From: a virus
Virus record (IMG/VR): IMGVR_UViG_3300036790_000396
Coordinates: 82,945-146,944 of that record
Direction: 5' to 3' (one strand)
DNA length: 64,000 nucleotides
Shown here: piece after piece, positions 1 to 10,521 of the stretch
Layout: the number at the start of each line of letters is the position of its first letter
Position numbering within the stretch: the first letter of the stretch is position 1
Translations under genes and position numbers: made by a program
The notes under the pieces: model-generated
What the model saw: only the letters and a program-made list of their open reading frames with translations
What the model was told of the DNA's origin: nothing
Databases searched by the model: none

Positions 1-756
1 TACCTCACGCAGCCCGGTCCCGTCCAGGAGGCCACCGGGTCCCGGCACCGCCGCCACGCCCAGGGCGGCAGTGACGTCTCCCTCGCCGAGACGCCCCCCG
101 ACACCGATACCGGATTCGGCTCCGTCGACCTCGACCCCGCCGACCAGTCCAGCACCCAGTCCGGCCGCAGCGCCACGTCCGCGCGCCGCTACGCGTCCCG
201 CCGCTACGCGGACTCCACCGCCGGCTCGCCGGCGGGCGGCATGAGCACCGTCCCCGCAGGCGTGGGCGGCATGCCCTCCAGCCCGGACGGGTCGTCGTCC
301 TCCCCCGCGGCGCAGCCGCTGCCGCCCCTGGACCAGACCGTCACCAGCCAGGGACCCGACACCAGCTTCGACCTCACCCCGACGCCCAGTGCCGGCGCGA
401 CGTCCGGCACCGACTCGGGCACGTCGGCGATCACCGGCACCGGGTCGCGCCGCGACCCTGTCGCCGCGCAGATCCGCGCGGTGGCCAGCTCCGTGGCGGT
501 GTCCAACCCGCAGCTCCCCGCCAGCGAGTGCCGCCGCGTGGCGCGCCGCGTGGTCGGCGGCTACCTGCGCCGCGCCGACCTGGACAGCTCCGTCATGTCG
601 GATGATCCCGGTGACGGGGACGGCCCCGCAGGCGGCGCCGCCCCCCAGGGCGGCGGTGGCAACGCCGTGGAGCACGGCGCGGAGTTCCAGGTCGGCAAGT
701 CGGTGGCCCGCGGCCTGATGGGCGGCGCCGAGGATGCCGCCGCGGCGGCCTTCTAG
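1..756 (+). CDS. C-terminal part of a low-complexity head-associated protein (5' end outside window)
   Basis: Frame +1 is open from base 1 to TAG at 754-756. Contains RRHAQ/RRYASRRYAD/RRAD linkers like the downstream head proteins. Confidence 0.6.
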   Translation, partial: YLTQPGPVQEATGSRHRRHAQGGSDVSLAETPPDTDTGFGSVDLDPADQSSTQSGRSATSARRYASRRYADSTAGSPAGGMSTVPAGVGGMPSSPDGSSSSPAAQPLPPLDQTVTSQGPDTSFDLTPTPSAGATSGTDSGTSAITGTGSRRDPVAAQIRAVASSVAVSNPQLPASECRRVARRVVGGYLRRADLDSSVMSDDPGDGDGPAGGAAPQGGGGNAVEHGAEFQVGKSVARGLMGGAEDAAAAAF

Positions 757-895
757 CATGCGGAAGCCGAAGCTGCCCTCCCCGAAGAGGAGCAAGAGCG
801 AGGCGGTCAACGTGAAGTCGGCGCGTCCGGCTAAGTATCCCGAGCCGCCCGTCAGCGCCAGGCTGCCGGAGGCTCCCCCGCGCTAGGCTGGCCGC

Positions 896-1174
896 ATGGA
901 CCTGACTTCCCCGCTGATGGACCGCGTCTTGTGGGACCGCCGCGCGTTCACCTGGGCGGGATGCTTCGCGTGGAAATGCGCGGACTGCGGGCGCATGGTG
1001 ATGCCCGGCGAGGACGCCGTCCGCGGCATGCACCTGCTGACGGGCCTGTTCATCGTCCACGCCTGGCATCACGGCCTGGGCCGCGACCGGGCACGCCTCA
1101 TCGACGAGGGCATGGCGATGGCGGCTGCGCGCTGGCCGTCCCTGCAGGAGCGCGCAGCGGCGCTGCGGCCCTAG
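896..1174 (+). CDS. small hypothetical protein with CxxC
   Basis: ORF with WKCADCG motif and typical GC3 codon bias. Confidence 0.5.
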   Translation: MDLTSPLMDRVLWDRRAFTWAGCFAWKCADCGRMVMPGEDAVRGMHLLTGLFIVHAWHHGLGRDRARLIDEGMAMAAARWPSLQERAAALRP

Positions 1175-1350
1175 ATCGCGCGGACCAGGAACAGGATCAG
1201 CAGGATGATCACGACCAGGACCAGCAGGCCCCAGAGGCTGTAGGCAGGCATCGTTCTCCTCTCGTCCCGCTGCTGCTGCCCGCGGTCGCGGGAATCATGC
1301 GAAAAAGCCGGGTGCGCCCCTCGTGCACCCGGCTTCTCTGACGGCCTGCG

Positions 1351-1557
1351 TTACCAGAACGGGATCAGGAAGGCCAGTGCCAGCGACGCCAGGCCGCCCG
1401 GCAGCAGCCAGCCCCAGGAGCCGCTCGTCCCGAGCCCGGTCACGATCGCGTCGATGAGGAACAGCAGGAACGCGATGAACATGAACAGCCGCGACACGGC
1501 TGCCGGGTGCGGTCCCGGTACTTGCTGGGGCGTCGTCATGACAAGGTTCCTACCCAC
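1351..1557 (-). CDS. small two-TM membrane protein
   Basis: Two hydrophobic stretches (LFMFIAFLLFLIDAIV; LLPGGLASLALAFLIPFW). Confidence 0.6.
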   Translation of the reverse strand: MGRNLVMTTPQQVPGPHPAAVSRLFMFIAFLLFLIDAIVTGLGTSGSWGWLLPGGLASLALAFLIPFW

Positions 1558-1753
1558 CGGTGACGGGCGTATCCTCGCTGACCTCTTCCCATCCCCACGG
1601 GCAGGCGTTGTTCACGGCCTCCGCAGCGTAGGTCTGCAGCCATTCCTGCTGCTGCCCGTCCGTCATGCCCTCAAGTTCCCCGTCAGGGATCTCGACGATC
1701 ATGGTCTTGTGGTCGATCGTCCAGCTCGGCTCGATGGTGACTTCGATCTTCAT
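1550..1753 (-). CDS. small acidic hypothetical protein
   Basis: ORF in a tightly packed minus-strand operon. Confidence 0.6.
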   Translation of the reverse strand: MKIEVTIEPSWTIDHKTMIVEIPDGELEGMTDGQQQEWLQTYAAEAVNNACPWGWEEVSEDTPVTGG

Positions 1754-1762
1754 GACTGGCCC

Positions 1763-2134
1763 TCACTCTTCGGGGCGTAGCGGGTAGACGTGAACGGTGT
1801 TGACAGAGGAGGGGACGATCCGCAGGGCCGGGTGCCCGAAGATCACGACGTGATCGTCCTGGGCCTTGACGGAGACGTGCCGCCGGAACTTGCGGTACTC
1901 CTTCTCGCTGTCGGGGTGCGCGGGCCAGAAGTTCACCGTCTCGTCCTGGCTCAGCATCAGGTCCGGCTGGATGCTGTACCCCTCGGTCTGCGTGTTGGTG
2001 GGAGCGCCCGTGCTGCTCAGCTCGGCGATCCGCGCCCGCGCTTCCCCGAGGGTCTTCTCCAGGTGCGCGATGTAGGACCGGACCTTGCGCGTGCAGCGCG
2101 CCAGCTCCTCCGGTGTCGGCTCGTCCGTGCTCAT
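1763..2134 (-). CDS. hypothetical phage protein
   Basis: Coiled N-terminus and beta-rich C-terminus (LRIVPSSVNTV); operon packing. Confidence 0.6.
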   Translation of the reverse strand: MSTDEPTPEELARCTRKVRSYIAHLEKTLGEARARIAELSSTGAPTNTQTEGYSIQPDLMLSQDETVNFWPAHPDSEKEYRKFRRHVSVKAQDDHVVIFGHPALRIVPSSVNTVHVYPLRPEE

Positions 2135-2299
2135 CGTCTTCTCATCCCTCGTCGAATCCGCCGCAGCGCGGTCCGTCCTGGACGCGGCTCATGCCGAGCA
2201 GCCGGCACGGCCACGCGTGGATCCCGGCAGCGGAGCGGCAGCGCGGGCGCAGCGGCCACGCCCGGTAGAGCGCGACCGCGCCGGCCACGACTGCCCGCA

Positions 2300-2617
2300 T
2301 CAGTTTTTCTCCGCGGCGATCTCGTCCGCCAGCGCGGCGATCTCCGCCGCGATCGTGACAGCCTGCGCGAAGGCCCTCGCGTCCTCGCTGCCGAACACGG
2401 CTGACGTGGAAGCCCAGCTGACGTGCGCCGGCTGCTCGGTGCCGTAGCGCCGGTCCCGGGCGTAGACCTCGACGAGATCATGCTCGTCGCCGTCGGTATC
2501 GGTGAAGGTGATGAGGACCCGGCCGCCGTCCCGGACGGCCAGCGCCCGGGCGGCTGTCGGCCGGGTGATGTTCCTGGCGATGCCGTCTCCGGTGACGAGA
2601 TCGATCGTGTACTTCAT
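2300..2617 (-). CDS. hypothetical protein (MKYTIDL...)
   Basis: ATG at 2617 with AGGAG RBS, overlapping the stop of the upstream gene. Confidence 0.55.
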   Translation of the reverse strand: MKYTIDLVTGDGIARNITRPTAARALAVRDGGRVLITFTDTDGDEHDLVEVYARDRRYGTEQPAHVSWASTSAVFGSEDARAFAQAVTIAAEIAALADEIAAEKN

Positions 2618-3114
2618 GACTGCTCCTTGGATGCATCGAAGTCCGCGAGCGCCAGGACGGCCTCGCGGTGCTGCTCCGCGGCGGCTTCCAGCATCCGCCG
2701 GGATTCCTCCACGCGCTCCTGCAGCTGGCGTTTCCGCCCGAGGGTGATGACTTCCGGGTGAGCCGCCTGGTATGCCTCCGCGACCGGGGTGAGGACGGAG
2801 GCAAGTGCCGTCACTTCCTTGTGCGTGAGGGAGGTTCCGGTGGCTGCCCGGTTCATCGCGCCGTAGAAGTGAGGCGACAGGGCCAGGTCCCCGCCGCACG
2901 GCTCCAGGAAGAGGATCCCGCTCAGCCGGGCGCCGCGCCCGCCGGTGAGGATGCCCTTCTCCGGCTGTGACCTGTCGGCGAGACTCTGCACGCCGATGCT
3001 GCCGCCGGTGTTCCAGCGGAAGACTGCAGTGCCGTGGCCGGGCACGTCGAGGAGGACTTCGGGGCCGTTGACGCTCATGGCCCACGGCCGGCTGGTGTTC
3101 TCGGTGTCGCTCAT
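2614..3114 (-). CDS. hypothetical protein, leaderless
   Basis: ATG 6 nt after TTTATTGA-TATTAT. Confidence 0.65.
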   Translation of the reverse strand: MSDTENTSRPWAMSVNGPEVLLDVPGHGTAVFRWNTGGSIGVQSLADRSQPEKGILTGGRGARLSGILFLEPCGGDLALSPHFYGAMNRAATGTSLTHKEVTALASVLTPVAEAYQAAHPEVITLGRKRQLQERVEESRRMLEAAAEQHREAVLALADFDASKEQS

Positions 3115-3189
3115 GCCACGATAATATCAATAAACCTTAGTAAAAAGCAAGAGGACCGGCGGATCCGCATACGCCGGTCCCCTTGCCGC

Positions 3190-3918
3190 TCATATCCGGG
3201 CAGAATCGGAGAGGTACCTCCGGTACTCCTCGTCGCATGCCGCGGAGCACACCGTGCCGTTTCCCCACTCTTCCGTGAGCTGGTACCGATCGCCGCAGTT
3301 GGCGCACCTGGACCAGTTCTCCCCGCGGTCGCGGATCCCGATGCTGATCTCCGCGATCTGCCTGTGGATCTCCGGTGCCTGCGGGTCCGCCAGGATCGCC
3401 TCGGGATCGTACGGCGCGCCCTGATCCCGCGATGCGGGGACGTACTCCGGGGGCTGCGACGGCAGCCCCAGGCGCTGGCGCAGCCGCATCCTCAGCGCCT
3501 CCAGCGAGACCGGCCTGCTGACGGTGACCCCCTCGCCGTGCGGCATCCGCCGGGCCTCCGCCGTGGCCTTCTCGTCTGCTTGCCACCCCGGGAGTCCCGG
3601 CATCTCCCCCGGCATCTCCGGCAGCCCGACGGTCTCCGTCCCGCGCGCCTGCTTCCCCGGATCGGGAGCGTCGCCGTCCGGCATCTCCCGGTCGAAGCAC
3701 TCCCCGTGCATCCCGGTCAGGATGATCTCCCGCTCCTCGTCGCTTGCTGCCGGGAATGCCTCGTGCAGCCGGAGGGTGCGGTAGGCGTAGTAGCCGTCCC
3801 ACGCCGCCCGCGACAGGCCGCTGACGACGGCCTCCCGGCCGCAGGACGGGCAGACGTAGGTCACGGTCACTTCCGTCCCGCCGCCGGCGACGGTGACGTC
3901 CTTCGGGAGCGCGCTCAT
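3190..3918 (-). CDS. Zn-finger-containing hypothetical protein
   Basis: CPSC...HGEC and CANC...CSAAC motifs; start MSALPKD overlaps the upstream stop. Confidence 0.6.
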   Translation of the reverse strand: MSALPKDVTVAGGGTEVTVTYVCPSCGREAVVSGLSRAAWDGYYAYRTLRLHEAFPAASDEEREIILTGMHGECFDREMPDGDAPDPGKQARGTETVGLPEMPGEMPGLPGWQADEKATAEARRMPHGEGVTVSRPVSLEALRMRLRQRLGLPSQPPEYVPASRDQGAPYDPEAILADPQAPEIHRQIAEISIGIRDRGENWSRCANCGDRYQLTEEWGNGTVCSAACDEEYRRYLSDSARI

Positions 3919-4448
3919 CCCAGTACCGCGCTTCGCCCGTCGCCTGAAGGGGCGCCGGCGTCGAGGAGGTCCAGGATCCGCGTGCTCCTGCCCGGGCCGA
4001 GCATGTTCTGGGCGTCCAGCACCTCGCTCCGGATGGCGGCGGTGTCCTCCGGCCACAGCACTGACGGCTCCTCGAACGCCACCTGCGCCCCGCTGGTGCC
4101 GTCCGCCTTCACGTACCGCACGCGCCAGGCGAGACCGTCGTCGGTGACGCCCCGGATCGAGCCGGCCAGGGTGCGCTCCGGTGTACCGATCTCCTCCAGG
4201 ATCGCTCTCAGCTCCAGGTCGATGCCCTCTACGCTGGTGTGCCTGTCCCCGGGGACGATGCGCCGCGCGCTCCAGCGCGTCAGCACGCCGTCGGGAGTGG
4301 TCTCCTCGGCCGTTTCCACCGGGATGAGGACCGAGTGGGCCTCCGACCGGCGGAAGGCGTCCGTGCGGTCGCCCAGGGCGCGGATCTCGTCCGCGTTCAG
4401 GGGCGGGTCGATGGTGATCTCCCCGCTGAGGATGCTCTGCGTTCCCAT
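3915..4448 (-). CDS. hypothetical protein
   Basis: AGGAG RBS; GEITIDPPL N-terminus seen in small actinophage proteins. Confidence 0.6.
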   Translation of the reverse strand: MGTQSILSGEITIDPPLNADEIRALGDRTDAFRRSEAHSVLIPVETAEETTPDGVLTRWSARRIVPGDRHTSVEGIDLELRAILEEIGTPERTLAGSIRGVTDDGLAWRVRYVKADGTSGAQVAFEEPSVLWPEDTAAIRSEVLDAQNMLGPGRSTRILDLLDAGAPSGDGRSAVLG

Positions 4449-5034
4449 GCTGTCTCCTGTCGTCTGAGGGATGCTCCAACTTTACTATAGATTATTGATA
4501 TTTCCTAGAGCGGCTTGTTCTCTTCCGCGTGGTAGAAGAGGACGGCCGAGACCGCGAACCTGGCGGAGAACTCACCCGCCTGCTTCATCACGTCCGCTAT
4601 GACGGCGGTGAACAGCATCTCCGGGGTCGGTGACCTCGCGCTGACCGTTCCCTGCGCGCGCATGAGCCGCGTTCCGGTGCCCGCGTGCTGCAGCGTGATG
4701 ATGTAGAACCACTCCCGCTCCGGCTCCTCAGTCGGGCCAGCGGAGGTCGTACCAGTCGTCTCCGGCTGGGTCTTCATGATGCTCTCCCAGGATGTAGACG
4801 AACTTCTGCCCGTGGTCATCGGACACCGTGAGCTTCACGCCGCTTGCGGGAGCACCGTCGTTCCCCGCTATCAGGGCCACCCAGGCCGCGCCGGCTTTCA
4901 CCAGGGGATCGGCCCGGGTGATCGTCCCGCGCATGCGGATCTCGGCGCTCCTCAGGACCGGGCCGTCGAAGGTGGCGATTCCGTCCAGCCTCATCTCGCC
5001 CACGTGCCCGGTGGCGAGGATCTCCCCGTACTCC

Positions 5035-6362
5035 TCAGCATTCACGGAGCCGCTCCAGGACCGGGGGAACCAGGGCATGCCATGCCATGAACGCCTGGGC
5101 CGCGACGACCCCGTTGCCGATGATCTTCAGCTGCGCCGACCGGGACAGGCCCGGCACTCCCGTCACCCAGCCCGGCGGCATGCCCATCATCCACTCCGCG
5201 AACGCCGCCGCCAGCCGGGGCTGCCCCTTCACCCCCGTCTCGACGGGGGCCGGGACCGTCCTGCCGGTCACCAGCTCCCAGCGCCGGATCGCCGGCCCGT
5301 ACTGCCGCCAGTCCCACTGCGGACCGTCCTGCGCCCGGTCCAGGCCGATCACCTCGCCGGTCAGCATGGTGTCCCCGCGGGTGCGGTGCTGGCCGGGCGA
5401 GCCGTGGCGGGCCTCCCCCGTCAGCGGCGTCGGGAGCAGTGACAGCACGTCCCCGGCCGCCGGGTCGCCCTTCACCCCGGGATGGCTCATGCTGCCCGCC
5501 GCGCCCCCGGACTGCACCCGCAGCGCGGCCAGCAGGGCGATGTCCTTCACCACGTCGGGCAGGTACTGGTCTCCCGGCCCGCGGACGCGCCCGTCATTGC
5601 GCACCCGGCCGACCGGCCTCGTCGTCCCCTTGGCGTCGCGGGCTGTCGGCGAGGGCATGAGCGTCAGCCGGCGCGTTCCGTCTCCTGCGGATCCGGCTGC
5701 GGCAGCAGGAACGACACCTCGTCCTCCAGTGTCGGCCCGTGGCCGCCTGCTTTCCTCTTCTCCGGGTGCTGAGGCCCCCCGTTCGATCCCAGCTGCGCGG
5801 TCGGCGATTTCAGCAGACCGCCGGAGGAGGGCAGGGCCGCCGCTGCGGGGATGGACGGCGAGCAGGAACCACCGCTTGCGTAGATGCGGGGCTCCGGCCT
5901 CGGCTGCGCTGTAAATCCCGTAGGACCCCACGTACCCGAGGCGGGCCAGCCCTCCGGTGACCTGCGCGAGCGCCGCGCCCCTGCTGACCCGGAGGAGGTT
6001 GGGGACGTTTTCGAGGAAGATGACGCCGGGGGGTTCCTGAACCTGGTGATCCCGTCCTCGATGTACGGCCAGAGCCAGCGGTCATCCTCGATCCCCTTCT
6101 GCTTTCCGGCGGAAGATGCTGGTTGGCATGGAAATCCGCCGCAAAGTATATCTATGTCCGGTATTCTGTTCCACGGTATCAGCTTGATGTCGTCGTACAG
6201 CGGCATCCACGGGTGCCGTGCGCCGAGCACCTGGCGCGCGGCCGGGTCGATCTCCGCCATCCAGGCCAGCCCGGCGCCCGCGGCTGCTTCCACGGCCCGG
6301 CCGAGCTGTCCCGTCCCGGCGCATATCTCGCCGATCGCCTGCTGCGTCACGGGCGCGGCCAC
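5035..6362 (-). CDS. C5 cytosine DNA methyltransferase, split across two frames by a -1 shift near 6030
   Basis: Motif I (EICAGTG) and motif IV (GGFPCQP) are in the frame starting at 6362. Motif VI (FLENV), VIII (HLRKRWF), LPTP-type TRD repeats, IX (EWMMGMPPGW) and X (IIGNGVV) are in the frame ending at 5035. Confidence 0.85.
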
Positions 6363-6730
6363 CCGGGCAGCCCTTCGAGCCGCAGCACGTCCATCCCCGG
6401 CAGCCGCGGGCTGCTGCTGTATCCCGCGCGGAGCCCGAGCAGCTCCGCGTCGAGCACCCGGCGGGCGAGTTCCAGCACGTCGTCTTCCACCTGAGATGGG
6501 CTGAGCGCAGCACCGTAGAGTCTCGCGCCGGGGGTGCCGTCCTTTCTCACGCGCTGGGCCTCGTTCAGCCGGATCATGTGAAGCCGGGGCTCGCCGCCGT
6601 GGAGCTGCCGGAACTGGAAGTTAATTGACCTGGCCCGCATGCTGTAGCCGGAGAAGGGCATCCTCACGTCAGGCAGGTCACCGCTGAACGTGAGTTCCCA
6701 GTGACAGTAGCCCGAGGAGCTGATGTCCAT
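6347..6730 (-). CDS. hypothetical protein
   Basis: GGAG RBS; overlaps neighbouring genes. Confidence 0.5.
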   Translation of the reverse strand: MDISSSGYCHWELTFSGDLPDVRMPFSGYSMRARSINFQFRQLHGGEPRLHMIRLNEAQRVRKDGTPGARLYGAALSPSQVEDDVLELARRVLDAELLGLRAGYSSSPRLPGMDVLRLEGLPGWPRP

Positions 6731-7248
6731 CAGGGCTCCTCTCCCGCGCTCAGCTTCCGGGAGGCGAGTCCGGTTTCCGCGAGGAACAGCCGCAGGAGCG
6801 CCTGCATGTCCATGATCTCCCGCCGTGCCGCCGCCGCGTGCTCCCTGAACCGGTCCTGGTCGAAGTCCGTGACCAACTCGGCATGATGGAGCGAGCCGGC
6901 CTTGCGGCTCGCGTCGGCGAGGGCCCTGTGCGCCGTGTCGAGCACTCCCGCGAGGGTGCCCGCGCGTACCGCGTCCTGGTCGAGGAACTCCAGGTCGCTC
7001 TCGCTGTCCTCGGTCCAGTCTGCGTGATGCCTGCGGAGCGTGCTGATCTCCGTGCCCGCTCCTTCGTCCGGGACGTGATCCCGGATGGTGTAGTCGCCCG
7101 CGTGCACTTTCCGGTAATTCCCGTCGGTGCCGATCGCGTAGACGTCCAGCCCGGCGGAGACGATGACGACGACTGCGGCCCCGGCTCCCGCGTTCTTCTG
7201 CAGGTCGATGATGTCCCCGGATTCGGGGACCCTGGTCTGGTAGCTCAT
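6730..7248 (-). CDS. hypothetical protein, leaderless (MSYQTRV...)
   Basis: ATG 7 nt after TTTATTGG-TAATAT; the longer track ORF is the antisense shadow of the intein. Confidence 0.6.
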   Translation of the reverse strand: MSYQTRVPESGDIIDLQKNAGAGAAVVVIVSAGLDVYAIGTDGNYRKVHAGDYTIRDHVPDEGAGTEISTLRRHHADWTEDSESDLEFLDQDAVRAGTLAGVLDTAHRALADASRKAGSLHHAELVTDFDQDRFREHAAAARREIMDMQALLRLFLAETGLASRKLSAGEEP

Positions 7249-7323
7249 GCCCTGCATATTACCAATAAATCTTGGTATATGCCACTCGTCTGCGGCCCGT
7301 CCTCGGAAGCAACGGGAGGCACG

Positions 7324-10300
7324 ATGCCACAGCAACGTTTTGTCCGTATAGCGCATGATCCCGGAGACCCGCAGCTTTGTTCCCATTGCTTCGGGCCTGA
7401 GACGAGATACCTCACGCCGGATGGCGTCAAGACCTTGGGCGAGACGGTCGGGACTGCCCAGCGGGTAATGACCGCGGATTCCCTCCAGTCTCACGACGGG
7501 CGCTGGGCCGATGCTGAGATCCGCTCGTTCGGCGTACAGCAGCTGCACCGGATCACCCTGAAGCGCAACAAGGTAACCAAGGTGATCCGGGCGACTGCCG
7601 GGCACCGCTGGCTGGTGCGCCGCCCGGATCGCATTGTCACGACGGATCGTCTTCTCCCGGGCCACCGGCTGGCCACTGCCCGGCTCCCGCGCCAGGAGCT
7701 GGCGATGGACCGTGAGGGCATCTGCCATGGTTTCTTTTTCGGCGACGGAAGCCTGCGCCGCACGGAGAACGCTGATTACGGCAAAGTGATCCTGTGGGGG
7801 CAGAAGCGCGAGCTTGCTTCTTATTTTGAGGAAATAGCAGGTCGTCCCGGCGTCGAGAAGCACACTCCGAATGGCGTTCCCGGTCTTGCGTTCCAGGCCG
7901 GGATGAAGGGCTATGCCAAGTCGCTGCCGCTGCTGACGATGCCGCCCGAGTACCTTTACGGCTGGCTGGCCGGCTACTTTGCCGCAGACGGGTGGAGCGG
8001 GGGCACCAACGCCTCTCTCTCGTCTGCGGTGCGCGCTCACCTGGAGCACGTACGCGATATCTGCACGCTGCTCGGCATAGGTACTTACGGTATTACCTCG
8101 AAGACGCGCACTGGATTCGGGAAGGAATCTGAGATCTTCGAGGTCGGGTTCAGCCAGTCCGACCTCAATACGGATTTTTTCCTTCGCAGTGATCACCGCG
8201 AGGCCCGCAGGCCGCCGCCCCAGGAACGTTTCGGATGGACAGTCGTCTCCGTCGAGCCAGATGCTGAAGAAGAAGTCTTCTGCGCGATTGTTCCGGAGAA
8301 TGAGCGCTTCGCGCTCGAAGACAACATCCTCACCATGAACTGTCCTTTTTGCGGCTCCGGTCAGATTACGGGCAGATCTGACGGGGGCATAGACTGTGCT
8401 TTCTGCGGACAAAGCTTCATAGTTCGGGTACAGCCCGCTTTCCCAGGCATGCCGCAAGCGCCCGGAATGGGCGCTCCCACCGATGCCGGGCCCGAGGGCA
8501 TCCCGGTGGGCCTTCCCCCCGGTGCCGGGCCCGAGGGCCTTCCCCCCGGTGCCGACGGCGGCATGCCTCCCGGCGGGGACGAGGAAGGCGGCGGCTTCCC
8601 GCCCGGCGGTGACGAGGACGAAGAGGCCCCTCCCGGCGCGGATGACGAAGACGAGGACGACGGTGCTCCTCCCTTCGCGAAGAAATCATCGCGCCGCCTG
8701 GGCGCCCACGAGCATCCTGATGACGACCTGCGCCGTCACCTCGCCGAGGAGCACGGCCACGGCTGGATCGAGTACCCCGGCGTCAGCGAGATCAGCCGCA
8801 TCCACGATGCCGACCACCGCAACCGCGGCGCCGCCGCCCACCGCGGGGACATCGCCCCGCCGCTGCAGTCTCTTCCCGAGCCTGCGGCCAGGCACTGGCC
8901 GGCCCACCGCCGCGAGCGCTTCGACGATCCTCGCCTCGGCGACAGCTACGGCGACCGCTTCGGGGCTGAGGATGTTGCGGACCAGTACCGCCGCGAGACG
9001 CACGGACAGCCTTCCCCGGACTCGGACTACGGCCGGTTCGCCCCCGCGCCCCCGGAGCGCCGTCACCTGTCCGTCCGCCGCTACCGCACCATTTCCGGCG
9101 ACGTGCTCCCCGAGGACGCCTACATCCGCCATCTCGCCGTCCTGCACTCCGGCGGCAGCTCCCGCGTGCTGGCGCTGCTGCGCCGCGAGGCGGCATCCGG
9201 GGGCGACGACGGCAGGCTGCCCCCCCGCAGCGTCATGACGCAGCGCCAGCACCTGCAGGCGACCCGGGACATGCGCGACCGTCTCGCCGCGTCCGGGTTC
9301 CCGATGGACGCCCCGTCAGGCGACGAGGACATGCGGATGAACCCGTCGTGCAGGCTGGAGACGGGGCATCACATCTCATTCGGCGTGGAGCTGCGCGGCG
9401 GGAAGCACTCGATGTTCATCACCCACCCGGCGGACATGGGCCAGGGCCGCACGTTCCTGGAAGTCGGCCTGGGGCGTGACCCGTCCCGCGTGGCGGATCT
9501 CGCCCGCCGCGAGCTGGGCTGCCCTCATGTTGCGGGGGAAATGACGGAACAGCTCCGCGGCCACGGCGACGAGCCCCTCAGGCAGCCGCCCTCGGCCCGG
9601 TCGGTGAGGCACGAGGCGGAGGGCACGCAGCCGCGCGAGGCGTCCCTGCGGTACCGTGCCGCGTTCGACTGGGACAATGCCACCGAGGACGAGGCCGACC
9701 GTGAGTTCCAGCGCCGTGAGGACGGGATGCAGGATGCGGTAGAACGCCACGGCGTGGACAGCATCCTGCGTCCCAACCGCGTGAACCGGATAGAGACCGG
9801 TCACGAGATCTCTTTCGAGCACCATCCCGCGGAGGGGGAGGGAGATGATTACTGGACGGTCGGCGTCAACCATCCGGCTGACTCCTGGACCGGGGATGCG
9901 GAGCGCTACCCGCGCTACTACTGGAAGGGCTTCCGCGGTCCTGACGACGACGTGGTCCGCCAGGCGGTGCAGCACCTGCGCTCTCCCCGGACGATGGACG
10001 TGATGCGCGAGCAGTCCCGCCGTGCGATGAGCCGCGAGGCATCCCTGCGGCGCCGGGCCGACCTGGATTACGACGAGGTCCCTGAGGGGCACGCGATGTC
10101 CAAGCGGGAGCAGATCAGCCGGCTGCGCGAGATGCGCGGGCGCCTGGAGGACCACGGGATCCGGATGCTGCCGTCTGATAGCGGCATGGCTCCCTACTTC
10201 GACCTGGAGACCGGGCACCGCATCCTCCTGGGCCTTTCGCAGCAGCACGGGGACTGGCACATGTACGTCAACCACGCCCGCTCCGGCCCCGCAGCCGGCA

Positions 10301-10521
10301 TGCTGGCCGTGAACCTGGGCCCTGACTCCGGCCGCGTCCCGGACCTCATGCACCGCGAGCTGGGCTGCCGTACCGTCATGAATGCGATGATGAGCCAGTC
10401 GGCGAACGCGGCGAGGACGGAGCCGGGGGAAAGGCAGCCTAGGGTGCGCCATGTCGCCGAGGGCGTCATCCCGAACGAGCTGCGGCAGCGTGAGGCATCG
10501 GCACGACGGAGGATCGCGTGA
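7324..10521 (+). CDS. intein-containing Zn-ribbon head-associated modular protein
   Basis: GGAGG RBS before ATG 7324. The spliced N-terminus reads SH|CPFCGSGQ...CAFCG, followed by a Pro/Gly/acidic linker, a His module and three ETGH repeats. Confidence 0.8.
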   Translation: MPQQRFVRIAHDPGDPQLCSHCFGPETRYLTPDGVKTLGETVGTAQRVMTADSLQSHDGRWADAEIRSFGVQQLHRITLKRNKVTKVIRATAGHRWLVRRPDRIVTTDRLLPGHRLATARLPRQELAMDREGICHGFFFGDGSLRRTENADYGKVILWGQKRELASYFEEIAGRPGVEKHTPNGVPGLAFQAGMKGYAKSLPLLTMPPEYLYGWLAGYFAADGWSGGTNASLSSAVRAHLEHVRDICTLLGIGTYGITSKTRTGFGKESEIFEVGFSQSDLNTDFFLRSDHREARRPPPQERFGWTVVSVEPDAEEEVFCAIVPENERFALEDNILTMNCPFCGSGQITGRSDGGIDCAFCGQSFIVRVQPAFPGMPQAPGMGAPTDAGPEGIPVGLPPGAGPEGLPPGADGGMPPGGDEEGGGFPPGGDEDEEAPPGADDEDEDDGAPPFAKKSSRRLGAHEHPDDDLRRHLAEEHGHGWIEYPGVSEISRIHDADHRNRGAAAHRGDIAPPLQSLPEPAARHWPAHRRERFDDPRLGDSYGDRFGAEDVADQYRRETHGQPSPDSDYGRFAPAPPERRHLSVRRYRTISGDVLPEDAYIRHLAVLHSGGSSRVLALLRREAASGGDDGRLPPRSVMTQRQHLQATRDMRDRLAASGFPMDAPSGDEDMRMNPSCRLETGHHISFGVELRGGKHSMFITHPADMGQGRTFLEVGLGRDPSRVADLARRELGCPHVAGEMTEQLRGHGDEPLRQPPSARSVRHEAEGTQPREASLRYRAAFDWDNATEDEADREFQRREDGMQDAVERHGVDSILRPNRVNRIETGHEISFEHHPAEGEGDDYWTVGVNHPADSWTGDAERYPRYYWKGFRGPDDDVVRQAVQHLRSPRTMDVMREQSRRAMSREASLRRRADLDYDEVPEGHAMSKREQISRLREMRGRLEDHGIRMLPSDSGMAPYFDLETGHRILLGLSQQHGDWHMYVNHARSGPAAGMLAVNLGPDSGRVPDLMHRELGCRTVMNAMMSQSANAARTEPGERQPRVRHVAEGVIPNELRQREASARRRIA
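7387..8340 (+). mobile_element. intein with LAGLIDADG homing endonuclease (318 aa)
   Basis: Block A CFGPETRYLT; block B ATAGHRW; LAGLIDADG-like HGFFFGDGS and GWLAGYFAADG; end EEVFCAIV...NILTMN followed by Cys+1. Confidence 0.93.

Noticed and set aside
6838-7323. N-terminal extension of the 1227-aa ORF
   Set aside because: Overlaps a real minus-strand gene and its promoter; the RBS supports ATG 7324.
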